Below are positions 39,337-52,884 of a DNA stretch of 64,000 bases, in pieces. A program made the translations under genes and the position numbers. The notes beneath the pieces are model-generated. The model saw only the letters and a program-made list of their open reading frames with translations. It had not been told where the DNA came from and did not search any database. This DNA comes from Felis catus (taxonomy: Eukaryota): positions 27,716,001 through 27,780,000 of the forward strand of contig NC_058369.1 of NCBI RefSeq assembly GCF_018350175.1. Direction: 5' to 3'. Numbering within the stretch: position 1 is the first letter of the stretch; each line of letters begins with the position of its first letter.

Positions 39337-39338
39337 TC
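39219..39338. repeat. (TTTC)n/(TTTTC)n microsatellite
   Basis: Direct reading; ~120-nt pure pyrimidine tract. Confidence 0.97.
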
Positions 39339-39677
39339 ATTTGGGTTTTTTTGTTTGTTTGTTTTGGTTGTTTTTTGCTTTTTGATTGGTCAAGGTTTTC
39401 CAGGGAGTTCCCTCTCAAATATGTTTTGCATATTTAAGTTTGGGGGTAGAACATGGAATAACACAATAAATTAAGGAACAGTCCAGACACAAAACAAAGG
39501 TCTGTTTTCTCTTCTGCATTAGTCCAAAGTTCTAGGTTTGCCATTGCAGGTCTCACCTGTTTTCAACCTTGCTTTTCACCACTCTTAGTTAATGCTCCAG
39601 CCCCCAAGTAGAAGTAACTTACTTATGCCTCACTTAATACTGTTTTCTGCTCTAAACATCTTCCCCCCCATTATATT

Positions 39678-40035
39678 ATCAGATTAGGCTGAGTGTGGTG
39701 ATCCCAAGCAGCCCCAACATTTCAGTAGGTTGAACAATAAAGGTTTACTTCTTGCCTGATACTGACGGAGTTGAGAGCAAGCCAAGAGATTAGCTCTGTG
39801 CACATTTGTCACTCAGGCATCCAGGCTGATGAGTGGTTACCAGCACAAACACTGCTATAAGCCATGCCAGGAGAAAAAGAAAATTCTGTGGGTCTTGAAC
39901 CATAAGTTAAGTGCTTAGACAAAATGTGACATAACTCATTGTCATAAACAGCCATGTGGTTCTACCCAACCACAAGCCCAATTCTACCATAAGCCTGGAT
40001 GAGAGGGAACTGAAAATATTTGGCCAACACCATCA
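39678..40035 (-). mobile_element. Old MLT1 (J/I-like) LTR
   Basis: ccaacatttcagtaggttgaacaataaaggtttacttcttgc...gtcactcaggcatccaggctgatg. Confidence 0.65.
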
Positions 40036-41134
40036 ATGACTTCTTACCTCCATATGTCTAAAATCTTGTAATTCTTTCAGATCTAGGTTGGATCCTACCT
40101 CCTCAAATAGACAGCGCTGGTACCTCATGCTAAAAGGAAGACATTCACACTCTTAATACACACAGCACGTTATCTTACCTCTGAAGGCCATTATGACTAT
40201 AAGAGAACAGTGTCTCCACTGGGATTCTCTGCTTCCCACAATGCCTTGCTAGATGAATATTGCATGAATGATTGAATGAGGCTGTATGCATAATGAGATT
40301 TCATCTCCAAAGACTTCAAATACTCTGGAGGCTAGTAATACTTGGTAAGTAATAAACCTTTTTAATTTTTTCTTCTTATTTATATCATAAAGATATTTAA
40401 AACAACATTAAAAAGATCATAAAGATGAAATAAAACTGAACTCATAATCCCACCACCCTAAACTAGCAACTCCTTTCAGTTCTTTTCCTTCTAGCTTGTT
40501 TAAAGAGTGTTCATGGAAAAACATCACTATATTCAGGGAGCACGAAGATGCAGGGAGAATTTTAAATAGAAGACAAGTGACTGCCAAGTCAATGCTTTTT
40601 ACCCTTTCTCAAGGTAAGAACATGTTGGGTGATATCTTAAGACTGATTTGTATTTTCCTCAATATGGGTACCAATGACTTAAAGATTCCAAGCTATTCAG
40701 TACAGCAACCATCATTTAGCCACCACTTCTACTCCTTAACCCAGCTCTAAAAGAAATCACTGCTAGTAAAAGGAGCTTGATTTCCATTATTAGAAGAAAA
40801 GAAAAGAAAGCCATGTGCTAAATCTTGGACAACTTTGGATAATACTAGTGCAAAGACGAAAATTGCCAATGTTACATGTTTTGATCTATCATTAAGATAC
40901 CATTAACAAGATCAAAAGCACAAGAGTTTTAGTTTTAGTCTTGAATTTCTTATTTTTTTGTTCTTTTGTTCCAATTAACTCATCCACTTTTTTTTTTAGT
41001 CAATGTTTCTAATGGAAAAGCAGACAACATAGAAGAATAGATGGTGCATGCAAGCAGGGAGAAGTCTTAAAACTTTAAATGATAAAGTTATTTTATATGA
41101 TACACTAATGGCAAATACACATCATTGTGCTTTT

Positions 41135-42160
41135 TGTTTATTTTTAAATAAATTTATACTCCCTTTACCAATTTCTCCCATCCCCCACCTCTGCAACCAC
41201 CAATCTGTTCTCTGTATCTATGAGCTCGACTTTTTGTTATTGTTGTTTTGTTTTGAGATTCCACATATAAGAGGAGTCATACGGAATTTGCCTTTCTCTG
41301 ACTTATTTCACATAACATCATGACCTCAAGATCCATCCATGTCACAAATGGTAACATTTCACTCATGTTTATAGATGAATAATATCCCACTGTGATATTA
41401 CATATATTGATATCTAATATATAGTAATAAATATACTATTTTATATCTATGTCTATCTATCTCACAATTTCTTTATTTATTGATCCAGTGATGGACACTT
41501 AGATTGTTTCCATATCTTGGCTACTGTAAATAATGCTGCAATGAACATGGGTGGCTGTATCTTTTCAAGTTAGTGTTTTCATTTTCTTCAGATAAATAGC
41601 CAAAAGTGGAATTGCTGGATCATATGGTCATTCTAGATTTCTGTTTTCCTGTAGTATCACTTGTAACATTTCCTCTTTCATTTCTGATTTTGAGTCCTCT
41701 TTTTTTCTTGATGAAGACTTTTTTTCTTGATAAAGACTTGTCACTTTTTTATAAATCTTTTCAAAGAACTAGCTCTTAGTATTATTGATCTTCTCCATCA
41801 TCTTTTTAGTCTCTAGTTCACTTACTTCTTTTCTAATCTTTGTTATTTCCTTCTACTAATTTTGGGCTTCATTTGTCTCTTCTTTTTCTAGTTCCTTAAG
41901 GTTCTAATTTTAGGTTGTTTATTTGAGACTGTTGACGTTTTTTGAAGTAGGCATTTATCGCTAAGAACTTCCCTCTTAGAACTGCTTTTGTTGCATCTCA
42001 CAAATATTTGGGTATATCATATTTCCATTATTGTTTGTCACATAGTGTTTTTTGATTTATCTTTTTATTTCTTTGACTAATTGGTTTTTCAGTAGCATGT
42101 TGTTTAATCTTCACATATTTGTGAATTTTCTTGTTTTCTTCCTGTAATTAATTTCTATGA
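41135..42160 (-). mobile_element. L1 fragment(s): 3' end (~41135-41640) joined to an upstream ORF2 segment (~41640-42160)
   Basis: gatggacacttagattgtttccatatcttggctactgtaaataatgctgcaatgaacat motif, then aacttccctcttagaactgcttttgttgcatctcaca (L1 ORF2 antisense). Confidence 0.85.
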
Positions 42161-43204
42161 TTATTTTATTGTGTACTCTTCCTATTGGCATAAGCTGAGT
42201 TGAACCCCTTCTGGGATGAGGTGGAATATCCATACACAATGTATTTTTGTGTTACTGATACACCAAAATACACTAGGAAGTCTCATCACAGTGGATAAAC
42301 AACCCAGATGGTCATTTGACCCACTTAGCTTACTTAAGATCAAATAAGTCTTAAAATTACACTGAGCTATTTCCATACTAAGAAGGAAAAATCATCCAAA
42401 CACCTTGAAATATTATTAAATTTCACAGTAATGATTTTTTGCCTATTTTATATTTTAATAGCTGATAGATTATGTGTTTAGCTATAATATTTTCAAATTT
42501 TATGTTCAGTATTTGACCACTTTCACAAGCACACATAATTTATATTCTTGATTTGTGAAAGGGTTTATTATTTTATATGCCTTACTTATTGATCTGAATC
42601 AAATAGTTCTTACCTGATTCAACAGAAGATAGTACGAATAAAATGTGGCTATTTACAACTATTAACGACTGCTATAATTCATACAGAATCTGCCAAACCT
42701 ACTGCATTATAAGTAATATTGTATACATTTCTAAGAGTCTGATAATATCTGCTTCAAATACAAACATTCTCTGGAAATTTGTCAAAATTTAAAAAGGTAC
42801 CATTAAATAATATTTTCAGATATCACTCTAGAGAGTTTCTAGTACAAATCTCTTCCATTTAATACTGTCTCAATATTCATGAATGCTCAACAGTCCAATA
42901 GTTGCTTTCAGGAGTTGTGCCTTCATTAAGGTGCAAAACATTAAACACCTGCAATTCTGCTCAAACTATTCCTGAGGGAGAAATTTTGGTAACAAATGAA
43001 AGAGATACATGTTTTAGCTGAAAAACTCACTTGATGCTGATAAAGAATTTATAGCAGAATGTTCCAATAGAGAAGAAGAAAGCAATATGAAAAGAAAATT
43101 AATATTCATTGAGAAACATCTACCATGGTAGTAGGAAAGAAAGATTACAAAGCCAAACTGAACAATAATCAAATTTCTATATGAAAATAGAATTCCAGTG
43201 CATA

Positions 43205-43800
43205 CAATTCCAGTTATCTAATGCTATGTAACAAAATATTCCCCAACTAAGAGACTGAAATAACAGTTATCATTTATTACTTCTCATGGTTTCTGTGGGT
43301 GGGTCAGGAGATTTGAAGCATCTTCACTAGGAGATCCTGTCTCTGGATCTCTCATGAGGTTACAATCAGACAGTGGTTAGCCTGGAGTCATAAAGGCCTC
43401 TTTGTATCCATGACTGGAACCTGAGATGGAAAGATTCAGTTCCAGTTAGGGGTATCCGTCCCTAGCTTTATATGGCATCCTCGTGTGGAGTCTCCAGGAT
43501 GGTGGCTTCAGGGTGGCCAGATTTCTCATATGTCTTAGGCATATGTCCTAAGACAGAGATAGAACCAAGAAAAGCCAAAGTTCTTTAAGGAATCATCCTT
43601 AAAATTCACACAACCTCATTTCTGCCACATTCTATTGGTATTTACAAAGATCCACTCAGTTTCAAGTGGAGGGAACATAAAGTTCACGTCTTGATGAAGA
43701 GTTTCATCATCACACTGTAATAGGACCCTGTAGCATTAAGAACATGTAGGATAGGACAGGTTTTGATGTGCCCATTTCTCTGAAAATCCAATCTACCACC
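43205..43800 (-). mobile_element. MaLR solo LTR (MLT1G/H-like)
   Basis: agttatctaatgctatgtaacaaa...ctcatggtttctgtgggt...tctgccacattctattgg. Confidence 0.75.
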
Positions 43801-44244
43801 TTAGCCACATGAGCCACCTACACTTGTAAAACTGGTGAACAACATAATCTGCAAGAGAAAAATAAATGCCAAAGTCCAATGTCTGCTGTTTTTCAGGTTT
43901 ATCAACTGAATTGGGAGTAATAAATATTTGTTAATTAAAAAACCCAGACTTTAACAGAAACTCAGTCTTTGAAAATATTAACTTGAGTAGAATATTAAAG
44001 GTAAAACTGCAATATATAAACACTGATTATAATTCAAACACTTCATCACTTTCTCTGGAGTACCAATGACTATAACAGAGTCACAACAGTTCACTTTGAA
44101 CAATTAGCCTTGGCAGCATCTCTGTAGAGAAGTGTTTTCTTTTTCTTTCCTGGGGGCATTAGCTTTCTTTTGGGATTTTGCTAGAACAAACCTTAAGTAG
44201 AAAATGACAAAGCTCTGAAGCTGAATTGATTCAGGACAGACTGA

Positions 44245-44660
44245 CCATTCATTCATCAAATATTTTCTAGGTATCTACTATGGGACAAATGCTATGCTAG
44301 GCACTAGAGACACGGCAATGAGTAAAGGAGACAAAAATCTCGGCCAGCAGAGGTCATGTATGCTGACATTTAGCTAGTTCTCCAGTGGCCCCAGAACAGC
44401 AAACATTCTCTGGATCGGCTGGGAGACGAGAAGGAAACCTTGGATGGAGCTAGGAGGAAGACCAACATTTTGGCAAGTTGATTTGAGGAGGAACACCCTA
44501 CAAAGGAAACTGAAATGGAGTTTCCAGGGGATGAGAAAATAGGAGGAACGGAAGGTATCTGGAAAGTTAGGACAAACATAGATTCCCAGAAGAAGAGAAG
44601 GGTCAGCTATGCCAAATAAGCTGAAGGATAAAGATTATGACAAGTGTAAGTTAGAGAACT
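44245..44660 (-). mobile_element. L2 fragment(s)
   Basis: cattcattcatcaaatatt...ctactatgggacaaatgctatgctaggcactagagac. Confidence 0.65.
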
Positions 44661-45139
44661 GTACTTTAGGATAATAGGGAATAATTCCTGCTGTCTCCAG
44701 TATGGGCATAGGTAGGCCTGCTCTCTTAGCCTATGGGGAAGGGCTGTTATGGGAATGTTGCAAAATGTTAAATCACATGCTTTGTGGATAAGATGCTTTA
44801 GGGCGGTGATTCTTAACCATAGTTCTGCACCACAAAGGGGAATGAAGTTTTGCGTAAGGCTTACCTCAGGTTGTTTCGAGAGAGGAGGGGTAGAGATTCC
44901 CCTAGTGCATCAAGACTGACAGAACCACAGGCAATTCTGCCCAACCCTCACAGCATCCTACGTAAGGATCTACATCAGTGTGCGTTTCACCAAGCAAATA
45001 ATTTTAGGAACCACTATCCCACATCATATGGCAAGTAGTAGGGGTGGGAAGAATTCATAAAAACAACTATTCAAGTTATTTAAGTCAATGAAAGAGAATT
45101 CCTGGTTTTATGTGGGACAAGAGGTAGTCGGTGGGAATG

Positions 45140-45350
45140 TAGAAATAGTGATTAGGAGCAGGGCTTTGGCCACCCTCTGCTTTCCAGCTGTGTGACTTCA
45201 AGAAAGCGTGATTAACCACTTTGTATCTCAGTTTCACTATCCATGGAGTGGGGATAACACCACCTCTCTCGTGAGTTGTCAAGAAATTTTCTGAGGAAGT
45301 AGGTGTAAAGCTCTTTGCACTGTGCTTCATACATAACAAATGACCAATAA
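45140..45350 (+). mobile_element. MIR
   Basis: ccagctgtgtgacttc...ctcagtttcactatccatggagtggggataa. Confidence 0.75.
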
Positions 45351-48307
45351 GGATGTGCTGTTGCTATTCTGGGTGTTCAGTGGCTCTTCATGGCACAATA
45401 TAAAATGCTCTGGCTTGCCTTCTCAAACCTTTCTGTGTCACTAATAATTCCGTAATTTTCCCAAGGACACTTAGTCTCCCTGTTCCCCTTTCCTTTTCTA
45501 TAAAATCAAGACCATGTGTCTAGGTCAGTGGTTGTTAAGTTCTGTTCTGAAGGCTTAGTCTGAAGAGAGGAGGCAAGGCAGAGAGAGAGGCTCTCTGAGA
45601 AACTTCACTTTTCTTAATGTTACACATTTGGCTTTGGCATAAGATTACCTTTGACCGAAGACTGTATCAGTGAAAAACATAACAGAAAATGTTTCAAAGC
45701 GACTGGTTTAGATGGTGTCTAATGCCACAGACCTCTACAATTGGAAGTGATAAGACAAGAATCCCTGGAGAATGCAGATAATCAAAACTGCAGCTAATTA
45801 GAATATAACTGAGAGCTGGTTCATCATTAATCCAATATCTTTTGTATATAAAGCTGTACTAAATACCTCACTTTCAATTAGTCTCGCATTCCATCCCTGT
45901 CATTATAATACGAATATTTTAGCAGCAGCAAAGCAAAAAAGTAACCCTACCAAGTGTTTGCTTGATGAAGTCAATACTCTTCCAATGGGCAAATGATATG
46001 GGCGAACTGTCTCAGACGGTGTGCTCTAGGAGGAAAATCTTTGAACCAAATATATGGAGTTGAAAACATCAGCACAGCCCCTTCTGAGCAGTCTTAACTT
46101 TGGCGAAGTATTTAGCATGTCAGAGTCTATGTTTCCTCATCTATGAGGTGGAAGAGATTATACAAGTCCACAAATCTGCCCTGAGAGTCCCTGACCCACT
46201 CGTTATATAATTCATTCAGTAAATGTTTAGGGAGAACCAAATACATGCCAAGCATAGCTCAGGATAAAAACACAACAGTGAATTGCTACGATAATGGAAG
46301 GTTCCCCAAACCATTGTACATCTGCAATTATCAGTGGTCTTTAGGAGGACACATGTCTGCCAAACGCAGTGTCAGTGCAACCAGAGTCACCCAACAAATG
46401 CTAATTGCCTTCCTTCTTAACCTTCCTTTCTTGATAGCATAATTAAATTATAGTAAGTAAGGGTGGAAGAGAGCCATGCCATTCACATGTGACCCTCTCT
46501 CCCCCTCCCTCTTCACACTTACCCTGTCCGTCTCATTCTCCCTAGCCTGGTCACTGGCTCTCTTGTGCTTCTGGATTTGTGAAAGCAGTTCAAAGGGCTG
46601 AGGTAGGGAAAAGAACTAGGGAGCTAAGTCTCTTTTATGAAGATTCAGGATTGTGGGAGAGGAAACATAGGTGAAGAAGAGCAGTGCTGGGCAAGAATGA
46701 AGGGGAGAGACTGGGGAGTGGTGTCTGAATGGCTCTGGAGCAGCTCCAGGGCACCAAATTTGGGGGGAGTGAAGAAACACCATGGAGGGAAGAGAAGTAC
46801 ATCCTGTTGCTCTGAGATCCTCAAATAAAGCCTGAATTTCCTTTTAATTAACCTTAAGCATCTGAGCTGTACTTCTTGAATGCAACTGTGAGTGGGGAGT
46901 GAGGCAACCCAGGGCCTCAAGCTGTATTCAAAACTCACAATATCAAACCTGTGGTTCTCTGAAAATCTGGAAAGGAGAGTTTAAAAAGGAGACAAACTGG
47001 CAGTGACAAATATGTGTCCAAAATACATCCCTGATGGGCTTCTCTGAATAGAGAAACTTTTGATGAATTTAAAATCAAGCCACCAAACAAGAATTTCCTG
47101 AACATGGAATACTGTAATACCTCCAAACCAGGAGCCATCTTATTAGCAACCTAGGCTCCCCCCACCTGGTGTGACCCTAGGGAGAAGGCTGCAGATCCCA
47201 CTGCTTCTGGAACCTCAGGGAGGTCAGGGAGCATTTGCTGCCTGGATGATGCACTCAGAGCGGAAAACCAGCTCAGAAGTACTTTGATCCTCCTTTTGTT
47301 TCTTATGTTTTCCTTTTGGGCCAATGACTTTTTTCAGACACTAATAATTTACACTTCAGGCAAACATCAAAGTATAGTAATGCCCTGAATAGTAATTACT
47401 GCGCTGGTGATGGAATCAAGCATCTCAAAGAACCCTAAGTTAATTAGCTACAGACCTAGTTACCTTTAGGCCAATGAAGAAGGCAAGGAACACTGGATTA
47501 GAACCTGCCTTCAATTTATGGCTTTATTAATTCCAGCATTCCAATCAGTCTGAGACCCCTATCTGTCAACCTTCAGCATCTGAGCTGACGGCTGTTGTGG
47601 GGACCAGACACCAACTGAGACCCAGTCACGACATCCAGGGAAGAAACTTGGACTTTCATTGTTTTCTGTCATTATTTTCTCAATTACTGAGCATTTTTGT
47701 TTATCAGTGCACAGAATAGTTTCAACCTTTCCATAACATACATGTTTAGGGACAAAGATCGAGAGAAGGACAGGTGTAAAAGTGAGATTTATTCATTCTT
47801 AACCAAATATCTACTCAAAGTCATTTTTCTATACACAGCTCGTTTTTAGCCTTCCTAATTCTTACTCATCTTTCTGAGAAATTTTTTATTTAGCTTTTTG
47901 TAAAAATCCACACTTTAAAGAAGCATTGGATACAGATAACATTCCTTATTTATATGTCTCTGTGACTGTGGCAGATTTCCACGTAATCCTCTTAGAGGAG
48001 GACCCACATTTGCTAGCCTACTTAGGATGTTACTAAAGGTGTGTATCAACACGCCTCTTGCGGATGGCTTGGGGATATTTCTTCCAGGCTTCCCCTGAAC
48101 TCTTTGTGTTGGATCAGTCCCCCAGGAGAAGGCATTTGAAATGCAGCAGAACCAGCATCCTGTCCTCAGGTGCTGACACTGAAATAGCGTGCCACACATA
48201 TACCTACAATGACCTAAGTTGTCAAATGGAAAATGGAAACTCAAGTAACTTAATTCTTTTCATTCTTTAATAGTTTCACCCTTCATATACCTTTTGCTGT
48301 GTCTGGA

Positions 48308-48715
48308 CTATATTAGTTTGCTAGGGCTGCCAGAAGAAAGCACCACAAACTGAGCAGCTTAAACAAGAGAACTCTATCTTGTCTCAGTTTTGGAGGTTGG
48401 GAGCCCCCAATGAAGGTGTTGGCAGGTGTTCCTGCAGGTAAGAGCTGGGGGGGAAGGATCTGTCCTTGGCTTACAGATGGCTGTCTTCACTCTGTATCTC
48501 TCCACATCATCTTCCTCGTGTGCCTGTGTCTGTGTTCAAATTCACCTTTTTACAAGAACACCAGTCATGTTGGATGACAGCCAATCCTAATGACCTCATT
48601 TTAACTGGATTCCCTCTGTAAAGACCCTGTCTTCAAATACACTACTTTCTGAGACACTCAGAGTTAGAATTCCAACATACCTTGTTTTGGAGGGGACATA
48701 ATTCAACTCATAGCA
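48308..48715 (-). mobile_element. MaLR solo LTR (MLT1B/C-like)
   Basis: tattagtttgctagggctgcc...acaagaacaccagtcatgttggat...gacataattcaactcatagca. Confidence 0.85.
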
Positions 48716-49108
48716 GGGATCAATAAAAAAGTTCTGGTTTTAAAAAGTCATTTATCAAAGAGGAAAGATGCTATTGCCACACATATCTCTGTTGATTGCT
48801 TCACTGAAGCATCTATTCAGTGCAGGCACTATGCTATGTAGGCAGGGAAACAGAGAGGAACAAAAAGCCATCTCCATGCTCTTGAATGGAGTTCCTCTTG
48901 GTGGCAGTCCCTCCATCTTGTAGAAATGTGGATGAGCTGGAACGCTGAACTTCAAGTTGTGGAAAGCATTTGACTTCTATTCCCTTCTCCTTTGCCCTAA
49001 AGGCAGCCACAGCAACACTGTGATACTGGGTAGAGAAGTGTCCAGTTTGCATAGAAGTGACCAGTCTGCCCTCACCAATTTCCGTCAGACATTAAGCCTG
49101 TGATAATT

Positions 49109-49327
49109 TTTTCTAAAATTTTTAAATGTTTATTCATTTTTGAGAGACAGAAAGAGACAGGGTGTGAGCAGAGGAGGGGCAGAGGGAGAGGGAGACAGAA
49201 TCCGAAGCAGGCTCCAGGCTCTGAGCTGTCAGCACAGAGCCCAACGCAGGGCTCGAACCCACAAACCATGAGATCATGACCTGAGCCAAAGTCATATGCT
49301 TAACTGACTGAGCCACCCAGGCACCCC
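49109..49327 (-). mobile_element. CAN-SINE
   Basis: Ends ctgagccacccaggcacccc; TSD aagcc(tg/ca)tgataatt. Confidence 0.94.
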
Positions 49328-49439
49328 AAGCCCATGATAATTATTTTAATAGAATTGTGTGTAAATGAATACTAATGGCCAACCACCCACCTTTTTGATT
49401 AGTTGATAATAGGAAAAGTAATAATACCACCCATTTTTT

Positions 49440-49660
49440 CTAAGACTTATGTTTTGGGCACTTTGCGAGGCACTTAGCATGCACAATTTAAGGACATTTT
49501 CACAAGATGAGACTGTTACTATTAGCTCCATTTTACAGGTGATAAAAACTGAGACTTAGAGAAATTAAGTATCTTGCTAAAGCCACCAGCTAACACACAG
49601 TGAAGATAAAGTCTGAGCTCAAGTTATCTGAACAAAAACCCCACACTTTTAGGCCCTATG
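49440..49660 (-). mobile_element. MIR
   Basis: ctccattttacaggtgataaaaactgagacttagagaaattaagtatcttgc. Confidence 0.75.
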
Positions 49661-50651
49661 CAATACTGACTCATTTAACCTCAGAACTTCTGTCAATTGC
49701 CCAATATTGTGTCATCGTGTGTGTACATACACGTATACATATGCATGTACATACATGTGTATATCATGGGTGTGTTGTATAGGTATAAATGAAATACCTA
49801 TTTTGATACAAAACATCTATGATTAAAGCTAATCCTTTAGCAATAAACCTTGCACTCATTAGAAACTTGCAGCTTTTTCTCATGCCTACATCTGTGACAT
49901 AACATATTCAACCAAAGAAAGCCTGAGCCAACTGATTAGTATTTGATGTGTTGAAAAGGCTAATGGTTCTTTATGTGAAACATCTGACAACGTGCAGCCC
50001 ACTTAATTACTCAGTTGATTTTATAGCTTCGAAATAGTAAAACAGAATAATCCAATGACTGGCCAATGTGCTGAGTGATATTTTAACATCTACTCAACCC
50101 TCAAACTGTGAAGCAAAAGTCCTTATCCAAATCCAATACTTTCAATTTTCCTTTTTACTGTTATAAGTCAAAACCAGCTAAATTGATTTTTTTTCCTTTG
50201 ACTTCTGCAGAAAACTTCATTCCTGAACAGATTACATGTGCTGCTTTGCAGCCCAGAGGAAATATTACAGCCAAGTAGAACCCTAAAATCATGAAAATAT
50301 GGGTTTACTTGAGAAGCTGGAAGGACTTGACAGATCTTTGATTATAACAGGACAAATATGTCTTGATAGATGTGCTGCCTTTTATGAATGAGACTTAGAA
50401 GTTTTAACTATATTAACCTTTACCCACTAACATCACAGAAAGTTTTGAGGCTGTGTCTTCAAACTTCTAAGTGAAAGATAGCACTGGTGAAGTATGTAGA
50501 AACCCCTGGAACATCATTCAATGGCTTTGAACACACGTGCCCATGGTTTGGCCTGCCTACAACATTGCAACACAAATCTTATCCCCTCTGGCTTTTTCTA
50601 CTTCCAGCACACCTTGGTTGGGGTCTCAATGGTGTAACTGCTGACAATGAT

Positions 50652-50711
50652 GGAAGAGGAGGAGGAGGAGGAGGAAGAGGAGGAAGAGGAGGAGGAGGAG
50701 GAGGGAGAGGA
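50652..50711. repeat. (GGA)n purine repeat
   Basis: Direct reading. Confidence 0.93.
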
Positions 50712-51209
50712 ATAAAAGAGGAAGATGATGAACAAGATTATCTTGTATAGTCCCCCCAAAAAGTAATCTACTACATAAAATTTAATACTTCACACAATGC
50801 AGGATTTTGGTGGCAAGTGGTTACACTTAAATAAATGATGAAAATGAGACTCACATCCAGATCCTGTGTCTCATTCCATTACCTCAAGCTCTCTTCTAAA
50901 TGTACATTTGCAAAAACAAGCAACAGTGCCTATCCTAGGTCACCTTCCCTTCTCTTAAGATTGTTGAAATTAAGACCACGCAGACACCTGGTGAAAATGC
51001 TGGGCAGAATCTCCACACCAAATCATGGGAAGATGGTGAGCTTGCAAGGCCAGGGCCATTGATGAATGATCTCACTTGAAACTCACCATTTAAGAATCTT
51101 GAAATAGGCAGACACTGATAAACTGATATTACAATGACCCAAAGTTTTATCTATCTTCTTTTGCTTGTCCACATTGACCACTGAATATAGAAAGCAGCAA
51201 AGAAAGAAA

Positions 51210-51365
51210 GGGAATTACTGTTTAATGGGTGTGGATTTTAGGTTTGCACAGTTCTAGAGATCCGTTGTACAATGCGAGTGTACTTAACATTACTGAATTC
51301 TACACTTAAAAATGGTTACAATGATAAATTTTATGTTGTGTTTTTTTTACAATTAATTTTTTAAA
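51210..51365 (+). mobile_element. L1MB-like 3' end fragment
   Basis: ttactgtttaatgggt...agttctagagatc...tacacttaaaaatggttacaatgataaattttatgtt. Confidence 0.75.
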
Positions 51366-52884
51366 GGAAAGCAAGTAAAATACTTCTCTCCCCTCTTCTC
51401 CCTTCCTTCCCCTTTATCCACCAAGAAAGACTTGTGTCTCGGGGATGAAAAGAAGGGGACATAAATGAGGAATATTCACAAGGCAGAGATGAAAGGATGA
51501 GTTACATTACTGAATGGGGAGATGAAGGACAGAGAAAGGATATGGTGATTTCCAAGTTACTTGAAAAACTGCAACAGAGAATGACCGAGAATGAGCACTT
51601 TCAGTGGACAGTAGTGTTGGAAAGGCATGTGAAGTTCATCCAAATAGGGATCACCAGCAAGCAGTTGGGTCTATGTACCTGGAGCTATGGAAGGAGGGTT
51701 AGTGTGGAGATTAAGTGTATTTCCCCCGGGACCTCTAATCTTTGCCTACAGTCCAAACCCTAGGTCCTTTAATTTTTTTCTATCATTAATAATTATAAGC
51801 TTGTACTTCCAGAAGTATGTATGTGTTAATCTTCTGTTTTTCATCTAATATTTCATATGTGATTAATGACAGACAGGCACTGTATCATTTGTGTAAATTA
51901 AGAATAAGTGTGTAACACAACAAGCATTAAATGAAGTTGCTTTTCATGCCTTTTATTTACTAGTTCCAATGCCTTTTTTTTAAGCTATTGCCATCTCATA
52001 CATGGCCAGTTTGATCATTCCGCAGAATCATATGCTGAATTTAGGCAAACGGGGTATTCAACGAGCAGGTGGATTTCTAACAGGACACCAATCAATTCAG
52101 CCAGCATGGTCAAGCCAGCTGTGTCTGTGGATGCAATAATCAACACCTGGCAGCACCTGTGCAGACCAGCCTGCCATCAGTGTTTACAAGTCGCAATTGG
52201 AGAGGGCTCAGCAAACTGACCGCAAAGGTTTGTGCAGCACCTGTCCAAAGTATATATGACTGCTTCCAGACAAGCCCATTAGTTCTCCGCTTTCATGGAC
52301 ACTAGAAATTGTTCACAAATTTAGTGGCGGGAATAAAAAAGACAAACAGAGCTAGCTTCTGGCTGAGAAAAGACACTTGAATGAGAGGCATCCTGGTACA
52401 AGGCAACAGAATAGGGGAGGATGGAATGAGATAGGCAGGACATCACCAAAACAGAGCCAGTAATGTTTATAGGTAGTAGATTGAGCTCTAAGAAAATAGG
52501 CTTAGTGGCATATTTTGAATCAGAGATGTTCTTGAGAAATATGCAAAGAATTCAGACTGGGCTTAGTGATGCAAGTTTGCACTGGAAGGCATATTGCCAT
52601 GCAGGGCATAAGTACTTTAAATGGAACTTTGTGACTTGTTTATGTGACATAGTAACAGCTTTCTTAGATCCAACCATCCCTTTTATGTATTACAAGATAA
52701 CAAAAGGTTATGTGATTTTAGGAAATTGAGCATATACACAGGGATATTCTCAACAGATCCAGTGAATATTAAGTGCCCACTTTTATCTCCTAGAGCCTGA
52801 TGTGTAAAGGTAACGAACTTAAACACAGTGGAGAGCTTGCATTCACAACAGTGACATTTTGCTAAGAATTTGTTGCATTCTAAA

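Noticed and set aside
38994..39474. Overlapping F/L/S-rich and K/E/R-rich ORFs
   Set aside because: Produced by the stop-free (TTTC)n microsatellite.
48893..48906. CTCF-like cctcttggtggcag
   Set aside because: Two mismatches in the core consensus; not distinguishable from chance without ChIP data.
50487..50750. RGG/poly-Gly ORF
   Set aside because: Translation of the (GGA)n repeat; no splice or homology support.
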